The notes beneath the pieces are model-generated. The model was not told the origin of the DNA, did no database searches, and saw only the letters and a program-made list of their open reading frames with translations. This document shows positions 59,801 to 64,000 of a stretch of 64,000 nt of DNA, one piece after another. A program made the position numbers and the translations under genes. Source of the DNA: Candidatus Kapaibacterium sp. (GTDB lineage Bacteria; Bacteroidota; Ignavibacteria; Kapaibacteriales; UBA2268); assembly GCA_963664875.1 (NCBI GenBank), contig OY761611.1, forward strand, positions 1,998,111 to 2,062,110, given 5' to 3'. Every line of letters starts with the position of its first letter. Positions within the stretch are counted from its first letter, which is position 1.

Positions 59801-59880
59801 ACATGGCTTTTTCCCCAAGACATTTGATACTGCGACAACATCATTTACCTCAATTCCATATTATTTTGTATGTTTGTTGT

Positions 59881-60468
59881 ATGGAACATCCTTCGCTATA
59901 TATTATATCAGGTTGCAACGGTGCTGGCAAAACTACTGCTTCTATTACGGTGTTGCCGGAGGTACTACAATGCAATGAATTTGTCAATGCTGACGAGATT
60001 GCCAAAATTATCTCACCTATGGATCCTCATGAGGCTCGCATTGAAGCCGGGCGGATAATGATTGACAAAATCAGCCAAAATCTTAAAGCTATGACTACTT
60101 TTGCTTTTGAGACGACTCTTGCAACCAAGTGCTTTTCTAATGTTATAAGAGAGGCGCACTCACTTGGCTACCTTGTATCTTTGCTATATTTCTGGTTAGA
60201 CTCACCGGAGCTGGCTATTGCAAGAGTAAAACAGCGAGTTGCCTCTGGCGGACATGACATACCGAACGATGTTATAAAAAGAAGATATTATGCAGGTATC
60301 AAAAATTTGTTTAAATTATATATGCCTATTTGTGATTATTGGATGGTGTTTGATAATTCTTCTTCACATTCTGAGCAGATATGTGAAGGGCATTTAGCAA
60401 ACAGACCGTCGATATTTAACGAGAATTTATTTGTCAAACTACGCAGGCTTTGCGAGAATGAAATGTGA
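59881..60468 (+). CDS. Zeta-toxin-like P-loop kinase (COG4185/AAA_33 family)
   Basis: Walker A YIISGCNGAGKTT, the downstream NADEIA segment, and the C-terminal GGHDIPNDVIKRRYYAGIKNL block typical of zeta-toxin-family kinases. The start is taken at the internal Met (MEHPSLYII); the ORF-track ORF begins at 59788. Confidence 0.65.
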   Translation: MEHPSLYIISGCNGAGKTTASITVLPEVLQCNEFVNADEIAKIISPMDPHEARIEAGRIMIDKISQNLKAMTTFAFETTLATKCFSNVIREAHSLGYLVSLLYFWLDSPELAIARVKQRVASGGHDIPNDVIKRRYYAGIKNLFKLYMPICDYWMVFDNSSSHSEQICEGHLANRPSIFNENLFVKLRRLCENEM

Positions 60469-60628
60469 TTGTTGTGATTTTCAGGAATTGAAACGCAAAA
60501 TACTAAACGGCTTGAAACTATCTCACAAAAAGTTAGTTGAAGAAAAAATTACAACTAATGATAAAATTATAGTTTCCGAAGAAGGCAAAGTAGTTCACAA
60601 AGACCCAAAAACAATCAAAACCTCATAA
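60431..60628 (+). CDS. Small ORF (65 aa) overlapping the 3' end of the kinase gene; candidate cognate immunity/antitoxin, very tentative
   Basis: Intact ORF overlapping the kinase by 38 nt. No recognisable domain. Confidence 0.25.
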   Translation: MSNYAGFARMKCDCCDFQELKRKILNGLKLSHKKLVEEKITTNDKIIVSEEGKVVHKDPKTIKTS

Positions 60629-60685
60629 CGAGCTTTCTGTCGGCTCAGTTGTTATTTCGACCTGTGTATATCCAAGTTAAGTCAA

Positions 60686-61510
60686 TTAAAAAAGATCTTC
60701 TACTTTGATTTCGAACATAGTATTCCAATATTTGCCTGTGATGTAGAAGGTTTTTGTGGTTTCGTCAAAAGCCACTCCGTTAAATGCCTCTGCGTCAGGG
60801 TTGTCTTTAAGAGTTTTTCTTAGTTCGCTGCAATCTATAATACCCTTCATTTCGTGCGAATTCAAATCAATAACAGCGATTACGTCCGAAGTATAGATAT
60901 TAGCAAAGAGCAAATCACCTACTCTCTCTATTTCATTTAGTGCATTAACCGGCGAACCAAGGTAGTAAACAGCAGAAGTGTTTTTTACAGAAAAATCAGC
61001 AGGATTAACATAGCGCAGGTAATTAGAGCCGTCAGTCATAATAAGCGAATTGTCTTTAGCAAGGGTCAATCCCCAGCCTTCTCCGGGATAGGAATATTCT
61101 CTTTTCAGATTAAAACTATGCAAATCGAACACAAAACACTTTCCTTCTGTCCAAGTCAGCATAAAGATTTCGTTATTGAGTAAAGATATACCTTCGCCAA
61201 AGTATTTGGCGTCTAATTCTTTTTTTTGCAGAACTTTGCCTGTTTCTTTGTCAACCTTTCTTAGCGAAGATTCCCCACGCTGACCTGTGGATTCATATAA
61301 AAAACCATCATGCACAAAAAGCCCTTGAGTGTAAGCCATAGGGTCATGATGGAAAGAGCGAATAATCTCAAACTCGTATCTTTTAAGTTCCTGAGTTACT
61401 TCTTTTTTAGAATTATTTTGTGCGGAGCTGCTGTTTGTCATTTTGGACTCTGTTTTATTGGCACAAGCTGCAAAACAAGCACATAAACATAGAATAAGAA
61501 TATATTTCAT
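60686..61510 (-). CDS. Glutaminyl-peptide cyclotransferase (plant/bacterial beta-propeller type), lipoprotein
   Basis: Lipoprotein signal (ILCLCACFAAC). Glu_cyclase_2-like motifs (HDPMAYTQGLFVHDGFLYESTGQRGESSL, GEGISL, WTEG, GEGWGLT). Confidence 0.7.
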   Translation of the reverse strand: MKYILILCLCACFAACANKTESKMTNSSSAQNNSKKEVTQELKRYEFEIIRSFHHDPMAYTQGLFVHDGFLYESTGQRGESSLRKVDKETGKVLQKKELDAKYFGEGISLLNNEIFMLTWTEGKCFVFDLHSFNLKREYSYPGEGWGLTLAKDNSLIMTDGSNYLRYVNPADFSVKNTSAVYYLGSPVNALNEIERVGDLLFANIYTSDVIAVIDLNSHEMKGIIDCSELRKTLKDNPDAEAFNGVAFDETTKTFYITGKYWNTMFEIKVEDLF

Positions 61511-61812
61511 GATAGCCGGAAGCCATTATTAAATAAAACAAATTTATATCAAATATTCCACAGATAAAAGATATTTTACAAGTATAGGCTGTAAAAGAAT
61601 ATCGAGTTTGCAAATTCACTTCAGATTATAGAAAGTAGTCAAACTTTTCAGATATTTGTTTAGTCAATTTCGGAAGTCAGAAATAATTTCTCCAAAAAAT
61701 GAAATTTGCTAAATATTATTGTGATTATGCCGTTTCTTAAAATAGTTGCTTGATATTACTATAATTTTTACTATATTTATTACGATTTTTTAAAATATAT
61801 GATATAAAGACT

Positions 61813-62847
61813 ATGGCTGTTATGTACAAGATACTTGTGGTAGAGGATGAGCTTACCAATGCGATACTTCTAAAAAGAATATTGTCAAAAGCCAATTATT
61901 CTGTGGTAGTAGCAAATAACGGACAAGAGGCGATAGATCATCTCGGTAGAGAAAAATTTGACGCAGTATTGACCGACTGGATGATGCCGAAAATGGACGG
62001 CATTGAGTTAATTCGCCAAATGCGCGAAAAGATGGAGCAACTGCCTTACATTATTATGATTACTGCTCTGGTGTCCGAAGGTGCCCGCACCTATGCTTTA
62101 GAATCAGGAGCAGATGATTACATCGCTAAACCAATTGATGTGCAGGAATTACTAACAAGACTGGAAGATGGACTTGCAAAGAATATGCAGGCTGCTCCTA
62201 AGCAAGCAGATACAACTGTTACACTTGACACAGACACACTGCCTCCTTTTGTCGGGGTTGTGATTGGAACATCTACGGGTGGGCCTCCTACTTTGATAGA
62301 GCTATTCAAACACGTAGAAGCTAATACTAATGCTGCCTTTTTTATAGTGCAGCATGGTCCTGCGTGGATGCTAGAAACATTTTCGCAAAGACTGCAAAAA
62401 GAGACTTCATTGCAGGTAAGGCTTGCCACTCACAATCAGGAAGCAGAAAAAGGGCATATCTACATTGCACCCGGTGATAAGCACATGAGAATTGAAGCAA
62501 ATACATTTAGAATCAAACTTGATGACGGCCCTAAAGAAAACTTCGTTCGCCCTGCTGCTGATGCTTTATTTAGAAGTGCAGCAAGTGCTTTCGGAAAATA
62601 CACTGTTGCCGTAGTACTAACAGGTCTTGGTAGGGACGCCGCACAGGGAGCATCTCAAATTTCTTCGGTCAAAGGCACCATAATAGTACAAGATCCAACT
62701 ACAGCAGTGGCACCTTCGATGCCGAATACTGTTATCGAATCCGGTGTGCCTCACCGCTTAGTAACTTTGAACGAATTAGGTAAAGCAGTTTCTGAAGCAG
62801 TATTCCCAATATCTGCTTCACTAAAAAAAGCAAAAGCAGGAAAATAA
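61813..62847 (+). CDS. cheB: Chemotaxis response-regulator protein-glutamate methylesterase
   Basis: N-terminal REC domain (ILVVEDE..., LTDWMMPKMDG). C-terminal CheB methylesterase domain (VIGTSTGGP, FFIVQHGPAWM, YIAPGDKHM, TGLGRDAAQG). Confidence 0.8.
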   Translation: MAVMYKILVVEDELTNAILLKRILSKANYSVVVANNGQEAIDHLGREKFDAVLTDWMMPKMDGIELIRQMREKMEQLPYIIMITALVSEGARTYALESGADDYIAKPIDVQELLTRLEDGLAKNMQAAPKQADTTVTLDTDTLPPFVGVVIGTSTGGPPTLIELFKHVEANTNAAFFIVQHGPAWMLETFSQRLQKETSLQVRLATHNQEAEKGHIYIAPGDKHMRIEANTFRIKLDDGPKENFVRPAADALFRSAASAFGKYTVAVVLTGLGRDAAQGASQISSVKGTIIVQDPTTAVAPSMPNTVIESGVPHRLVTLNELGKAVSEAVFPISASLKKAKAGK

Positions 62848-62877
62848 AGTTTTATTTACTTTGATTATTATTTATAA

Positions 62878-62918
62878 AACCGAGCAGAACAGATTGTAAT
62901 TATGCTCGGTTTTTTTTT
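62878..62918 (+). terminator. Rho-independent terminator after cheB
   Basis: aaccgagca-N16-tgctcggtt hairpin followed by T9. Confidence 0.6.
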
Positions 62919-63040
62919 CGTAATTCAGAACATTTAGCTTACAGTACAACAGCTTTTCTCAATCTCCATTCTTTTGGAAATGCCGAATAAATAGTTATAT
63001 TGCATATAATATTTAGATGTGACTAAATCAAGTGATTGAT

Positions 63041-64000
63041 ATGACTACTTTATTTTTAGAGATATGGAGACTTTTTCTTGAAATGTCTCCTTATATGCTT
63101 TTTGGATTGTTTTTTGTGGGCATACTGCACCTTTACTTTACTAAAGATTTTGTGCTTAAGCATGTTGGTGATAGCAGTATAAAGTCAGTTTTCAAAGCAG
63201 CACTCTTTGGCATACCACTGCCTCTATGTTCTTGTGGGGTAATTCCTACTGCTGTTTACATGAAAAAAAACGGTGCTTCGAGTGCTTCTACAAGTTCCTT
63301 TTTGATTTCTACTCCTCAGACAGGTATAGACTCCATAGTAGCAACCTATGGAATGATGGGAGGAATTTTTGCAATTTTCAGACCTTTTGCAGCTCTGATT
63401 ATGGGTATAGTTGGTGGCGGTATTGTCTCTTTGTTTGACAAACCTGTAATAAAAACAGAGCAAACACCCCGGCAGAACAAAAATATGTTTACTATTATCG
63501 GACAGACAGCGACTACTCAAACCAATTCACAAGATACCTGCGAAGACGGCACATGTGACTGTAGTAGCGAAAGCGACAGTGTTCCGACTTCAAAATTTGC
63601 TAAATTTGGCAAGTACGCTTTTATAGATTTTTTAGATGATATTTCTGTCCAATTTATTATTGGGGTGATCATCTCGGGTCTCATCTCTTATTTTATACCG
63701 GATAATTTTTTTGACAGCGAAACTCTCAACAGCGGCATTGTAGGAATGTTGCTAATGATACTTGTTGGCATTCCTATGTATATATGTGCTACAGCATCTA
63801 TACCAATTGCAGTCGCTTTAATGATGAAAGGTTTTTCTCCGGGTGTAGCTTTTGTTTTCCTTGCAGTCGGACCTGCAACTAATGCTGCAAGTTTGACTAT
63901 ATTACTGAATACACTCGGTAAAAAAATAGTCTCAGTATATCTTGCCACTCTTATTATTATGTCCATAATTATGGGATATTTGCTTGATTTTATATTTAGC
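63041..64000 (+). CDS. DUF318/ArsP-type permease (YraQ-like), 3'-truncated by the window edge
   Basis: ATG at 63041 opens a frame that runs to the window end (MTTLFLEIWRLFLEMSPYMLFGLFFVGILH...). It has multiple transmembrane helices and the characteristic CSCGVIP motif. The ORF track shows only antisense shadow ORFs here. Confidence 0.7.
   Translation, partial: MTTLFLEIWRLFLEMSPYMLFGLFFVGILHLYFTKDFVLKHVGDSSIKSVFKAALFGIPLPLCSCGVIPTAVYMKKNGASSASTSSFLISTPQTGIDSIVATYGMMGGIFAIFRPFAALIMGIVGGGIVSLFDKPVIKTEQTPRQNKNMFTIIGQTATTQTNSQDTCEDGTCDCSSESDSVPTSKFAKFGKYAFIDFLDDISVQFIIGVIISGLISYFIPDNFFDSETLNSGIVGMLLMILVGIPMYICATASIPIAVALMMKGFSPGVAFVFLAVGPATNAASLTILLNTLGKKIVSVYLATLIIMSIIMGYLLDFIFS

Noticed and set aside
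63224-63966. Minus-strand ORFs 63224..63520 and 63688..63966 and plus-strand ORF 63226..63438
   Set aside because: All lie within or antisense to the long plus-strand permease frame that starts at 63041 and carries the CSCGVIP motif.

Overview
This 64-kb window is a low-GC bacterial chromosomal segment, mostly housekeeping genes interrupted by accessory loci. The gene content points to a motile FCB-group (Bacteroidota/Ignavibacteria-like) organism: T9SS cargo, a flagellin with a sigma-28 promoter, CheB, and a sigma-54 activator all occur here.

Accessory content, in order along the window:
- A four-gene minus-strand operon (85..14287) of secreted proteins, each ending in a T9SS (Por) C-terminal sorting domain. 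One is a 2666-aa giant with Pmp-like GGA[ILV] repeats and a Ycf48/BNR-like propeller.
- A tandem array of three paralogous surface proteins (25199..31116). Each ends in an IPTL-CTERM-type sorting tail (VPTLPEWG, a transmembrane helix, then RK). Each is preceded by the same ~26-bp upstream motif and followed by a near-identical 3' end and terminator. The array sits downstream of a TPR-LuxR membrane regulator.
- A membrane glycosylation locus (YfhO, GT1, GT-C, EamA). The GT1 and EamA genes are coupled by a TAATG stop/start overlap.
- An AT-rich island (about 55.8-60.7 kb) carrying hypothetical secreted proteins, three orphan RHS/YD-repeat core fragments, and a zeta-toxin-like P-loop kinase. This looks like a degraded polymorphic-toxin cassette.

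Housekeeping and other genes identified: tRNA-Arg(CCG), a fused 2-oxoacid dehydrogenase E1 alpha/beta, gatB, a PPP phosphatase, mltG, two nitroreductases, OsmC, a flotillin-NfeD pair, HutD, pirin, a GFA-family protein, a WG-repeat protein, guaB, an M24 peptidase, a TonB-dependent receptor, a glutaminyl cyclase, and a partial DUF318 permease at the 3' edge.

No rRNA, CRISPR array, integrase or transposase was found.
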